Shown here: piece after piece, positions 14,833 to 28,519 of the stretch
How the letters are laid out: every line of letters starts with the position of its first letter
Position numbering within the stretch: the first letter of the stretch is position 1
DNA from: the human T2T-CHM13v2.0 reference genome, Homo sapiens
Length of the DNA: 64,000 nucleotides
Direction: 5' to 3' (one strand)
Assembly (NCBI RefSeq): GCF_009914755.1
Contig: NC_060927.1
The notes under the pieces: model-generated
What the model was told of the DNA's origin: nothing
Database searches by the model: none
Seen by the model: the letters and a program-made list of their open reading frames with translations, nothing else
Program-made: the position numbers and the translations under genes

Positions 14833-15187
14833 TGAAATGGATTGAATGTTTGTGTCCTTGCCTAATTTATATGTTGAAATCTAACCCTCAATGTTATGGT
14901 ATTTGAAGATGGGCCTTGGGAAGATGATTAGATCATGAGGGCCCTCATGATGGAACTAGTGCCTGTATAAAGGAGGCCTCGGAGAGCTGCTCATTTGTTC
15001 CTGCCAGCATGTGAGGACCTGGTAAAAAGACAGCTGCCTATGAACCAGAAAGTGGGCCCTCATCAGACACTGAATCTGATGGTGGCTTGATTTTGAACTT
15101 CCCAGCCTCCAGAACTGTGAGAAACAAATTTCTCTTGTTTATGTCAACTATGGCATTCTGTTATAGCAGCCTGAATAGACTAAGACA
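14833..15187 (+). mobile_element. MLT1A-like MaLR solo LTR
   Basis: TG...CA ends; atggattgaatgtttgtgtcc...cccagcctccagaactgtgagaaacaaatttctc...ttatagcagcctgaatagactaagaca. Confidence 0.85.
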
Positions 15188-17659
15188 CTTGTTATAATTA
15201 TAATTAATCAATCAATTGTGGAATTTGTTTAATTTCTGTCTTTCCTGCTGGGCAATGATTCAGGACCATATCTATCTTAATACTCCTGTTGAATTTTCTG
15301 TGTCTAGCATAAAGTTTGGCACATAATAAGTATTCAATACATATGAATTGAGTGAATAGATCAATGACTTGTCAAAAATGCCCATATTAAATATCAATGT
15401 AGCTAAAATTCAGCTGTGAGGAGGAGGTAGATAGATGATAAATTAAGTTCTGAAAGAACACCGAGATTCTGCTTTTCCATGTGAATAAAATATGGGGGTC
15501 TGAAATCCACTCCGCAACGTCACAGTACCAGTTCCTTCTGGAACTTCTTAGTATAATCACGTCCTGCTTTTAAGACTGGGCTAAGCTCACTGTGTGGTGC
15601 TTTCTAAACACGCTGTGCATGAATGTGAGGGAAAGAGCAGGATGGATGCTTCTGAAATGAGATGACAGGCTGATGATCTTGACAAGAGCTACTAATGATT
15701 CATCACAAAAGAATCTCAAACGTTGTATTTCTCTAAAACTTCCTGCACAGTGGCCTTGAAATTTTGTCATTCTTGGACTTGATCAGGGACAAGTGTGAAC
15801 CTCAGAACTTGGATTTCTTTTATGAAAAACCATCAAGATGCGAGGACTTGGCTGCTGGGTCCCCATCACTTGGAAAACATTTACTGCCACAAACACTGTA
15901 TATGGTACAGAGTTAGGCACTAGGGGGATCATGTTGAGAGGATGTAAACTGTCTTCCTTGAGCTTACAGCTACTGGGGAGAAAGATCTATAACAGAACAT
16001 CAAGGTAGGTACTGTAATGGAAGTATAATGTGATGCAAATCCTTCCTGAGAGAATCAAGGGTGGCTTCCCAGAGGTGGTGACCTTTGGGATGAGGGTCTG
16101 ATGGATAAAGAAGAGTTTGCCACCAGGTTGAGTTGGCTGAGATAGGGCCACTGCTCTTTTCTCCTTCCCATGGAAAATACTGTAGGCAACCATGAATCCA
16201 AGAAGGTGTATACAACTTTACATAGTCACACAATATTTCCTCATATTTCTTGGAATATGGCCTCTCTGGAGAGTGAAGGGAAGAGTGAGGTAGGTTAACT
16301 CATGGTCTGAGAGTAGTCCTTAGGCCCCATTAAAGGCTGTCACGGAACAAAGGTTACATCCCAAGAGCCTGAAACTCATTACACTGACCTGTATCTTGCC
16401 TCCTCATACTGGGGCCAAAACCTCAGTGAACTACATGGTATTTGGTGTGGGTGGGGGAACTTGGTAAGTGGGGAATTTCTGATTTTAATGCCAGTTGCTG
16501 GCTTGGTAGTTGCCAGGAGGATGAAGAAAATAGCTAGCGTTTGTGAAGTGGGTTCTTGCTAATCAATTTTGAGAGACTGTCTTGTCAAGTGCGGTTCCTT
16601 CTATCACAACTTATCTTAGGGACTCACTGAGTGCCTTTTAACTCCACAGTCCTGAGATTTTTTTAGGAGGCCCGGTGGTTACAGATGCCACCATGCTGAC
16701 TGAGGGTTAGCTCCACCAAATTCTATCTAGCAAAATATTGGGAAAATCCAAAGAATGATCACTCCTCCCAGAACTTGGACAGTTCCTAATGACATCATAA
16801 AAAGAGGCTCATAAAAACTGAAGTCTGCAAGGAAAACAAGGACATTTTTCTGGTGCAAGGACTTAAGCCTTGGGAAGAAATAGCATACTGTCAATCCAGG
16901 CTGAGTTTCTTGAGTGGAGTTTTTCAGTGGCAGACCCATTGCAAACACATTTCAAAGCTGAACTTGTGCCAAAATAAGGAAAATGCAGTCGTCCATCTCC
17001 ATTGCTACTTTTTCAAGCACAAAAATAGATCAGCCTTGACAGAAGAATTGTTTATTCATATTGCTTTATGAGAAACATAGCGTATGGGTGGGCAAAGTCC
17101 TCCAAAAAAATCTCTGTTGGCCATTTATTTTTGTTTTGGGCTGATAACATTCCTCAGTGGAGATAGCCTCCCAAGGACAATTCCCACTAGGGTTATTTAT
17201 GCTCTGAGGGATTTTGGAACATCTTTAAAAATAGCATTTGAAAGTTCTAATGCCTCCCTTGGCTGCTGGCTTTTCTTTTCTGGTTTTGGATTTTTACCCA
17301 GAGAGGATGAATGGGGTATGTATAAATGATGACAAGGCTGCCCCCCTTCAGAGTGAGGTTCCCTAGACCCCAAAGACTCAAATGACAAAGTTGGTGGGTG
17401 ATCAGAAGGAGGAATGTGACAGAAGGGCCGGTGCTAGACACTGGAGCTCACTGACAGTGCTGCAGCTATTTAATCCAATCTCTCAGACACTTCCTGGGCT
17501 TCTGTCATGTGTCAGGTTGGTATGGCTGTCACTGGAGATGAGAAAACCAGCCGAGAGGTGATGGTATGGGGGGACATGCCAGAAAGTGACCAGTTAGTGA
17601 CACATGAAGCAACAGAGGCGTGCAGAGTACAAAGAGGGCATCAAGGAACTCATCCAGTC

Positions 17660-18150
17660 CATGACAGTGAAACGGACTCGACCCTGAATGCTGGGTCTGC
17701 TGCTTACTAGCTTTGTAAGTTTGGACAGATTTCTTCACCCATCTGAATTTTGGTTCCCACATTTGAAATGAGGATAATAAACCTCACAGAATTATTGTGA
17801 AAAGTAGAGATCATAACATGAATATGTTTTGATCACTGACACACACAGCCTCTCTTTACACACATACACCCCTTGCAAGCACTATGCTCCTACCACCACC
17901 ACTACAAACAACAATAGTACTAATAATGATGGTGCCTATAGTAAAGATAATAATGTTAGTTGGCACTTACTGAGTACTAACTATGTGCTGGACACTAGGT
18001 GAAAACTTTACATGCTTTATTTTACCTTATCTAATCCTTCCAACAACCCACTGATGCACATGCTTCTATTTATCCCTATTTTTTGGAAGAAAATGAGGCA
18101 GAAGTGTTAAGCAATAGTTACTAGAGTTAAACTTGAAACCTAGCAGAGTT
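17660..18150. mobile_element. MIR fragments (both orientations)
   Basis: tgcttactagctttgtaagtttggacagatttcttcac; cacttactgagtactaactatgtgctggacact...gaaaatgaggcaga. Confidence 0.6.
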
Positions 18151-20129
18151 TTTGTTCTTAGCTATGATAGGATAAGGCAGAACTATCTGGCTCCAAATGT
18201 CTATAGAGCTGAGGCAACTCTGGGGGTTCTCTCTGCATGGTGCATCCTGTATGCATCATCTCCTTTCATCCTGGTCAGCAGAAGGCTGGTGATGGCTGAG
18301 CCCTCCACAGCAATGGCCATTCCACCATTACCCAGACAATGTGCACTCTGTAGGATTAAGCACAGGGAGTAATGAGGATGGGGTCAGCAGGTTAAATGAG
18401 AGAAAGAGGTCTTGGTATTAATTTGTCAAAATAGGCATTGCAGACATTAAAAGGCACTTTGGGCTCAGGCATTATAGTTTTCTAGGCCAGCTTATTTACC
18501 CAATTGGTCTTACTTCCTCAGCTTTTATGAACTAGATGGACTTCCTTCCACTTGAACAAGCTTCAGAGGACCCCCCTGGCATTTATATTTTTCCGTGAGC
18601 TCAGATTTCCCAGGATTTTTAGCTATTGACAAAGGCCAGAGTCAGAGAGGGGATCCCTGCACACACATTTTGTTTAACTGTTCAGGCAACAAGTTGAAAG
18701 AAGTTCCTACTATGTGCTGGACACTTATGTTACTTCATAACACAGCATGGGTGCCATGTCCAACATTAGTTTGAAAGTTGGGGGTTAGTATCTTTCTCTG
18801 GTAGGAGAGGATTCCATTTGTATCTGGTTTATGGCAATGTGTGGAACAGAACTTTTCCATCAGATAAATATTTGGATATTATTTCTTACTGATATTTGCA
18901 ATAGGGCCAGGATATGAGCTACTAATTGTGCTCTGTGTAGAATACGGGTCTAAGTGGCATTTTCATATTTAAAATGACGGCTTGAAGAACCAATGGTGTT
19001 TTACTCCCAGACCTCTGCCACTGACACTACAAAAGCTGTATGATTTGTCTTAAATAATTAGCTCAATAATTTTGGAATTTTACACTAAAATTCGGCCAAA
19101 AGAACTGGCAAATATCACAGCAGCACTAATGCCACAATCTGTCTGCTTAAGCTCAAATGTCAACTTTTGATCACACAATTTAAATAACTTAGACTTAATT
19201 CCTGGGTGAAATTTGGGAACACTTTAATATCAACATGAGAGGATTTGGGAAAATGTTTGAGCAGGGATTACCAAGTCTTTTCTACCAGATTTTAAAAAAT
19301 GCATTCATATTTCTTTCTGGAACTTTTAAGGCAGCATGACTGATGTTCACAGCGAGACCATCTCTGTCTGATGTTCTTGTGCAGCCGTCTCTGTCTGATG
19401 ATTCGTGAGATGCTGGTGCGATTGAACTGACAGATTACACTGCAAGGTTGTGGGTAAGGAAAAGTCAGCTTGCTTTTGCCTCCCTTCCCTCCTAGGAAGA
19501 GAGGACAGACATGTCTTTCAGTGGAAATATGTGATGATGAGAATGCTGCTGGCAAAATAACCAGGGTCCCTACAATATCTTTTCCAGATTCTAAAAAAAT
19601 CAAAATAGAGAGGATTCTGAATTCTAGGAGCCAAATCTGCCTAATGCTGCTGCTTCATATGGGCTTCTGGATAAGCTGCAGGGAACACACAGCAACTTCT
19701 AGTGGAGAAAAGAAAGCAGTTTCCAGGAGGGGGAACCAGCAGGGAGTGAAGAATTGGGGGAGTCCTGTCCTGGAGTAACTTCCTGCCTTTCTTCTGAGTA
19801 TTCTAAAGAAATAGCATGAAACGTGGAATTAGACAACTCAGTTTTCTGCATAGTAGTTGTGTGCACTTGAACATGTGTACACTTCTTGATTTGCCTATAC
19901 TTGGGAGAATTAATGTAACGCCAAAGATTGTTCATCACGGGTCTAAATGAGATTTTATGTGAATTGCACAGCCAGTGTCTGACTGACACATTTAATAAAG
20001 GACTGATTAGCAGAGAGAGAGTTCAGGATGAGGCAAGGTAAAAGCCTGAGTAAAGGGCATAATGGATCCTTGGATTGGTATGAGGGGGAAAGTGAGGGCC
20101 TATATCTGGGAATATATTTTGTAATGATA

Positions 20130-20340
20130 GTACGCATACTGGTTAAGAGTGCAGACTCATTAGAGAACCTTGGTCAGATTCTCTAATGTCTCTGCTTTAG
20201 CCTCCTCATCTGTGAAATGGGGATAATAATAGCATCTTTCTCATTAGGTTGTTGGAGGGTTAGATTCTCAGATGTAAAATGCTTAAAAGAGTATCTGGCA
20301 CATAGGAAAACACTAGGTAAGTGATAGTTATTACTATTGG
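20130..20340 (+). mobile_element. MIR
   Basis: ggttaagagtgcagactc...cctcatctgtgaaatggggataataatagcatct...ctggcacatagga. Confidence 0.75.
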
Positions 20341-20344
20341 GTAC

Positions 20345-20765
20345 ATCTGGAGTGCTTCCCAATTCATAATGTCCACTCCACCCACAGCCCCACTTCTTCC
20401 CACCCTCACCCTAAATGATATATCCCCAGCATCCATGTATTCAACGAGACTTTCACCCCTTTTTCCATTGTAGATTGGTTAACTGCACCAGGGGTTGGCC
20501 CTTGAACCAAGTTGGGCCAGTGAGAGTTCTGATTCTTAGCATTGTGAATTTGCAGGGGATAAGAAAGAAATGATAATGAATGTGACACATGGAGATGGGA
20601 GATGCAGGGAGAGTCCTGATCACTCTGCAGGCCCTGGTTGTTCTTTCTTGGGTTCTGGCTGCAGTTTCTCTGCAGGTTCTGTGAAGTAGTCCTCCATCTC
20701 CGATCTCCTCTTTTACATAAGCTTGCTTGAGTTGGTGCCTCTTATTTGCAATCAAAAGTGCTCTA
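20345..20765 (+). mobile_element. Old ERVL/MaLR-type LTR (LTR16-like)
   Basis: ccaagttgggccagtgagagt and 3' end aagcttgcttgagttggtgcctcttatttgcaatcaaaagtgctct. Confidence 0.5.
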
Positions 20766-22859
20766 CCCATCTTTTAATTCAGAGAACGGAGTGAGTTACA
20801 TATGATGGATGACATCTATATCCAGGAATTTCTGGTTATGATATTTACAGGAGCTGACATTCAGCCATATGGGTTGAATTGCACATCCTCACGAAAATTC
20901 ACTGTGATGCTGGAAATAGAAAAATCGAGGCATGCTAAAAAGAAGATAAGCAGAGGTGATTTGTCTTAATATCTCTTCATGAACTAGCCAATATCCGAGA
21001 TCTTGATATTTTATTTAATATTTAGTGGAGGAGATATTTCACAATTTTCATCAGTATTAGCCAGGCTGGTTTAGGCAAGGGGAGAATTTATTTTTCTTGG
21101 GATCCAACTAAGCTGAGGGAAAAGCAGGTACATGGCTGAAGCTTAAGAATAATTACAATCGGGGACTTAAACGGATGTCCTCAGGATTGTGGGCTCCTTG
21201 ACATCTCAGTGTAGACTCTGTCTCTGTTTCTATGTGTTGGCTTTATTTTCTCATCATCTTTTCCCTATATGGAAGAAGTGCACATTGCTACAGGTATCTT
21301 TCTACCACTGGAAGACAACAGCCTTGCTGACCCACAGTCCACAGGCCCTACGAAGGAATTCATTGGTTTAGTTTGCATCAAGTTTCCATTTCTGGACCAA
21401 TCACGTGTGGCCAGGGCAGGCTGGAAACTGACTGGTTCCACCTGGGTGAAGAAGAGCTCACTCCAGGACCAGTTAGCTATATAGCAAGGGGGCCACTGGC
21501 ATGAACGAACATTGCAGAAGACAGTCAATTTCTGAAAGAACAGGAGACAGTAGAGGGCACTCTATCTCATAGAAACCCTCAATACCCTATACAGGGACCC
21601 TCCATATATACTGAAATCATTTTCCGTGCTCTGTAAATAATAATCAAGATCCACTTTAATTGCCTACTTCATTGTCTAAGAATGCTTAGGTCTAAGTTGT
21701 TAATAATATCTCATTTAGCTTCAGAATATTTAGTGGTGGGGGTTGGGGGAGAGAGTTCTTTGATTTACTATTCAGAGATGAGCATCTTGGCTCATCCAGG
21801 TTCTATTAAAAATTAAAATTAGCCTAACACCAGTTTCTTAAATTATCATGTTAAGCCTTAAAGTAAACAAAGCAAGTAAATTAAAGGTGCCATGAGCTTG
21901 TTTTTGAGGTGTGTGTGATTTTTATTTAGATGGGATGAATACTTTTTAGTTGGGAATATACTCGTTGTCTAAAATGCAGATGAATGGACCAAATGACCTC
22001 CATTTTCTGGATAATCCACCAGTAGGAAACATTTTTACAGGAGAAGTAAATTCTAAAGCTTTATTAATGTTTACTGTCACATTAAGTGGGATTTTAAAGC
22101 GTAACCTTTTATAATACCTTTAGCCAAATCCATAAGCGCATACTATTTTTAGCCACCAGGCTGACTTGATTATAAACTTTAAAGGTGTCCAAAAACAAGA
22201 TGCAAAACATTTCAGTAAAACTGCTTAAGCACAGGGGGATTTTGATGCTTCTTGGAATCTCTCTGGCTTCTCCTCCAGTAGGATTCTTTTCCATACCTCC
22301 AAGTCTGGAGACACCTCTTTCCATAAAGTGAAAAGCTCTACCCTGTGCCCACCCTCCCTGCTGTTTCTAATAACCCCCACCCTCATATGCCCACAGGGCC
22401 TGTGAATACAGTAGGAATCATCAGGAGCCTGATGCTATTTACAATTTTTATATTTTATTCTTCATGGATTTTTTTGGTATTAATTGTAATTGAAAAATAC
22501 TTTACTAAAATAGTTTATTTTGATTAACGGAGGCCCGTTTAAATTTTGTGCCTGACATAAGCCCGGTGCCAGCCCTGATATTTAGACAGACCTGAGCTGA
22601 GGGTGTGCCACAATCTCTTTGCTGGTGCCCAGCAGGTTCAACCTGGACTTCCCCATCTCTAAACCAAGAATGATAACTGAAATATCCTTGGAGGGCTGTT
22701 TTGAGGATTGACTGAGTTGGTACATGTGAAGCATTTAGCATGCTAGACACAGAATCAGCACTCAACTAATATGACTGGCATGACTACTATTAATAATATC
22801 AGAGATGGCAGGGATAGCAATAATGGTAGATAACACTTAGCTGTAGTCATCAACAGTAA

Positions 22860-23850
22860 GACATAACCTCAACCCTTGAGGAGTTCTATATACTGGGAGA
22901 CTCAGACATGTAAATAAATGATCACCATTCGATGAGCTGCTATAATAAAGGTTGATATGCGATCTGACGGGAACACAAAGGTGGAAAGGACTAACTGCTA
23001 AGCTCTTAGAGAAGGTGTTTTAAGTCAGGTACTGAAGGCTGAGTAGGTGAGTTTGCTAAGTGAGGGGAGAAACATGGTTACTCCAGGTTGAGACACCAGT
23101 GGGTATAAAGACACCAAGCCTGGAAAGGGCCTGGTATATTTGGAGGGAGACATTCTCTGTAGTTGGACTCGGGAGTTCTGGTGGGAAAGTTGTGCAAGGT
23201 GAGGCTAAAATGAAAGGGTAGAGTCTGTTGGTTAAGAGTCTTGATTATCATTCTAAAGAGGTTAGATTTTGTCCTGGGAGCAATGAGGGAATCTATTGAA
23301 GGATTTTGAGGCTCTGTTTTGAGATGTTTATATATGAGTTTTATCAGGGCAACTGTGTGCAGGATGGATAGAAAATGGGGGAACTGCAGCCAGGGATACC
23401 CATTGGGAGGCTATTGTAACATCCAGGTGCTGAAGATGAGGGCCTGGATCAAAGCACCAGTAGTAGGGCTGGAAAACAGTCAAGAGATCTGACCCACATT
23501 TAAGAGGCAGTCACTGGAGGCAGGGTGGCTGACTGAGTGTGGAACATTGCAGGGAGAAAGGAGAAACTGACAATGGCTAGGAGGTTTCATCCACAGTGAT
23601 TGGATATAGAACAAGAGAAGAGGAGTAAATATAGTTATGTGTGTGGGGTGGGAGGAAGACAAGGAGCTAGATTTTGAAGGCATTCAACCTGAAATGCCAG
23701 GAAAATGTTTAAGTGGAAATGTTCAGTAGACTGTTGCAGCTATGTGTCTGGAACTCAGAAGGAATGTTGGAGGTCTGAGCTTGGGTATTCACTGGAGCAT
23801 AGGAAATGCATGAGGTATCTCTGGGAGAGCTTGCCTTGAGAAAGGAGGGC
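22860..23850 (-). mobile_element. L2 fragment, about 1 kb
   Basis: tagattttgtcctgggagcaatgagggaatctattgaaggattttgag...gggaggctattgtaacatccaggtg...gatgagggcctgga. Confidence 0.75.
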
Positions 23851-23993
23851 TGAGGGCCCAATGAGGGTGATTGTCCTCATCTTCCCTCCTCTCTGCTTCT
23901 CAGCTTTATCCTTTAGAGGCTGTCAATAATCAGTGTGCTTCCTGAGTGGGACTTTGGCCTGGACCCCAGCAAACAACCACAATGTTTCCTTAC

Positions 23994-24074
23994 CCTGGCT
24001 ATTTGGTCTGCCATTTGTAGACGTCCATCCAGCTCTCGTCTGATCTGGGCTGCTTGCTCATCTGGATTGTCCAG
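23994..24074 (-). CDS. CADPS: CADPS/CAPS1 coding exon (probably exon 4), 81 nt, phase 0-0, [27 protein letters not shown]
   Basis: Peptide recognised as CAPS family. Acceptor tgcttttgtgcag|CTG at 24075; donor AGG|gtaagg at 23993. Splices in frame to the 12762 exon. Exon number is from recall. Confidence 0.96.
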
Positions 24075-24797
24075 CTGCACAAAAGCACAGACATTGAGAC
24101 TTTTAGTTTGGGTCACAAGTGCCAATAAACTCAGGACATTCCATTTTATACCCCCTTGCACTGTGCTCCATGGACATATTTCAGTTAAAAAAAAATTCTT
24201 ATAACCGACAAATCCAGTCTGAGTGAAATTCCAAGTTAATTCTTCTAGACAGAGCGTGATATGGTAGGCAGCTGCTAAGACAGGCATTTGAACGACCTTG
24301 CAAAAGAATCATCAATCTCTTCTGAACTGTTGGGCAGCAGTGTTTCTAATGAGGACCAATGCACACTTCTTTTTGGCCCAGTGACCAAAGTGCTTACACG
24401 GCAGATGTACAAGGAAGGAGACGGCAATATAACTATTAGAAATGTCAGGAGCAGACATAGTGCATATCCCCAGTGCACACATGGCACGGGTCCAGCCGCT
24501 CTCCACCTCTGGACCATGGAGGATTAATAAGTCATTGCGTTCCTTCTCTTTGAACGCTGAGACCTGTACCAGCCCTCCAGATGGCTACTTCCAATCAGCT
24601 GGTGTTGATATCTAAGTTGAAATCTATCCCTGTCTTCCCTGATAAAGAGAACTATTTGGATATAAAGATCAGAGCACCCAGGCATAAATAAGCCTGGACA
24701 ATTCCCTAACTTCTCTGTTTTCAGTTTTTTCTATCTAAAGAAAAAGGGGTCAGTTATGTAGTCTTCATCCCTTTTACAAATTTCTGTGACTCTTTGA

Positions 24798-25030
24798 AAG
24801 GAGTAGCAGACATTTCTGTAAAGGGACCTATATTCAAAACTTTAGGCTTTGAGGGCCATAAGATCTCTGTTGCAATAAATCCACTCCTCCCTTGCAGGTG
24901 AAGACAGCACTAAACAATATGTAAGTATAGATAATATATAAGTGAATGTAAGGGCTGTAGGTGAATGAGACCCACTATATTCTAATAGAATTTTATTTAC
25001 AACAGGTGGCAGGCCATAGTTGCTCATTTC
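24798..25030 (+). mobile_element. MER58A-like hAT MITE
   Basis: gcagacatttctgtaaaggga...tttaggctttgagggccataagatctctgttgcaa...ttttatttacaacaggtggcaggcc. Confidence 0.75.
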
Positions 25031-25682
25031 CATTTTATGAGTTGAAACTATTATTTCCAAGCAACCCCAGCATTTCCTTTCAAGCTGTATTGAGTCTGCT
25101 TATTCAGCAAGTTATATTTTATTCACAGAAAAGTTTACTAAGGAGCAGTGGCATTTAAATAAAATGGTTTTTATTCCTCTTTTTAGTATATATTAATTCA
25201 AAACAAAAAGTAGCATAAGAAATATGTGAGTTTTCTAAGTCCCTTTCTTCTAAAATCAATTTTAGAAGAAAGTTTAAAGCTCCCTGCCTCCAAAAAAAAA
25301 AAAAAGATTCTCACCTATGCTGTGAAATGATATAGCAAATAAGTTATTTGGATTATGATATAAACAATAACACTGGAAAATATATGGTCATACTTTTGAA
25401 GCATCACAATTAACCTTCTTTGGTTTATTTTACAAAACACATTGAAAATCCATCTGGCTTTATGCTGTACATTTTAATCACCCTGTTCAATTCAGGAACC
25501 AGCATCACTTTATCTTCCCCTTTCCACAGTTTGGGAGAAGGACTTTTCCTTAGATCATGAAAACTGGATTGCAACATTTGGCTAGGTATTCTAAGGCAGT
25601 ATTTTCCAAAGGGTGTTCTGTTACAAAGTCTTCGAGAAGCTCTGCAGTAAGAAAATTTGTTAGACTTTGACCAACTCAACTA

Positions 25683-26094
<412 letters not shown>

Positions 26095-27029
26095 TCACAT
26101 GACTGACCAGTCGTCCATCCCAATAACCACTTGTTGACAGGCACACACACGTGGGAAATACAGTGTCCTCAGTGCTGTTTTTAGGTTCCAATGAGCTGCT
26201 TTTCTTTTTATTCCCTTGGGAAGCCCAAAAGTTCTTCAGCTCTAAGTGCAAATCCACTGGGAACACTCAGAAATGTCTTGTTCAAAATACATATGCAAAT
26301 GAAACATTCAACTACTTCACTGGGAAGCAGCAAAATGATTTGGTTATTGTCTAAAGTTGGTTAAGAGCCAAATGATTTGGTTAGGAGAATTTCGTCGGAA
26401 GATATGGTGCTCGTACAGGTTAAAACAGAAGTGGGAAAATACAGCCCAACAGAACCAGCTCCATTACTAAATTTTCCAGAGGCATTTGGGTTCTCCCACT
26501 GGCTTCATAGAAGGCAACTGGAAACAGCAGAAAATGCTGGCAATGAAGATGAGTAGGCAAGGTCTACATTAAGCTTAATTTATTCTTTTATTCATTACTT
26601 CACTAATTTACTCATTCATTCATTAAATTTTTATGGAATATCTTGATATGTCAAGATATTGGAATAAGAAAGGAACAAGTCCCTGACTCCATGGAGCTTA
26701 AATCCAGCAAGAACAGGCATGATTTGGGCATAAAGAAGAAAGGATTAGCATTTATTGATGCCTGTACCAAACACCAAATACCCTATGACCTGTTTTACAG
26801 CCTTTTCTAAAGGGTCCCAAGAAACAGAGGCTAATGTGCATTCACACAGGAAAAAGGATTCTGGGGTGAGGAATTGATGATTCCTCTTGAAAATTTGTAA
26901 TATGTCAACATAATCAAGACTTGGAGAAATTCTAGAGTAAATAATTGTTTTTAACTGCATTTAACCTTGTCTTTTACACAATTATTCCACCAAAAATCAC
27001 AGAGCAGTTTGGAAAATTCCACATGTGAA

Positions 27030-27620
27030 ACAACTTTGTAAGGTTGGTATCATTATCCCCATTTGACGGATGTGGAAACTGAGTCTTGGTAAGGTAGAGG
27101 AACATGCCCCAAATCACACTTCTGGTAAAGTGGTACTAGTCACCTGAAACCAAGTCTGCTCTGCCTCAAACTGGAACTCTTTTGCTCTGCATTATGTTGG
27201 CTTCATACTTAAGTGCCTTGTTTGGTTTTCTAATTGATCCTGACAGTTAACTAGCTCAGCAACCTCACTTTGTTCCTTGTAGACACGGGCCAGTTTGATC
27301 CATAGAGCCACCACTGGGGACAGAGAAATGTCAACCCTCTGTCACTTGTCATGACTGATTTCTTTTGGGGAGGCTGTAGCAGTGCTGGATTCCTCCCTAA
27401 GAAATAATAGCAATGGGTGTGTCCTTATCCTGGTTGTGCCACTTAGTAGCTGTGTGACCTTGGGCAAGTTACTTAACCTCTCTGTGCTCCAGCTCTTCTC
27501 ATCTAAATAATCAGGTTAATGAGACCTGAGGTTGTCATGAGAATCAACGGAGACAACGGATATAAAGGGCTTAGTCCATGGCTTGGCATGCAGCAAACCC
27601 TCATGAATGGTGGCTGCTGC
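27030..27620. mobile_element. Two MIR fragments
   Basis: attatccccatttgacggatgtggaaactgag; gctgtgtgaccttgggcaagttacttaacctctctgtgctc. Confidence 0.8.
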
Positions 27621-28519
27621 TCCTTGTGTTGTTATTTTAGAGCAGTCCATGTTGGCTGCATTTCTGACATGGGCCACAGTGGGGCGTCAAAGGTTCAGAA
27701 GAGAAGGCACCAGATGGGACAGTGTCCCTCACTGGCGTGAATGTAGGGTGTCGGTCTGACAGTCTGTGCAGCAGAAATGATGTGATCAGAGGCTCCCATC
27801 TCTTGACAAATTTCCCTGGCTTTTCTGTCTCCCACTTTCTCTGGGGTCGAGTCCCCTTGCTCTGTTAGACTTTAATTAGCGGGAGTGACCAGAAGGCGGC
27901 CACTGCTGCCTGACAGCTAATGATCTGAAGAGAGGATGAAAAGGGAAATGCAACTGAAGCTCCCTAAAATAGCTTGGCATGATAGAGAAGGCCATCCTCG
28001 CGTGAGGAGCTTGACAGCTCCACTCTATGAAATCCCAAAATATAAAGAGAAATCAAGTAATTACCTTTTCAAGGGCTGGAAAGAAAAAGCAAGAGAGTGA
28101 GCTTCCATGGAAACAAGGTTCTGTTTATTGCGCTGGTCTTTTCCACTGAGGAAAGGAAAGATCAGCTGGAGAACCAAGCCAAGGGCAAGCCTTTCACGTT
28201 GGCAGCTCATTAGGGTTCAAAAATGTACATGCGCATAAAGGCTCTTTACCTAATTAGACAAATAATCTTCCTACTAGAAGAGGTCAAGCAGAGGCTGTGT
28301 GGTTGTTTTGACTTGTCAGTCAAGTAGAGGAAAATAATTCCTTGGGCTTTTCCTTTAAAGTGATGGAGAACTAAGCCCAGCACTGTGTAAGTGTAGACAG
28401 GTATTGCCTGAGCCATCAGTTCAAGTCCACCAGAGACAATTGTCTCTAGCTCATGGGTGGTACTCTTTCCGTCAATGCAGAGATGAAAACTCTGTCCTGT
28501 TACTGTAGGGCCAATTTAA

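Noticed and set aside
26637-26660. Palindrome aatatcttga-tatg-tcaagatatt
   Set aside because: 10-bp AT-rich arms within an L2 tail; plausible by chance in 64 kb and too short for a pre-miRNA.
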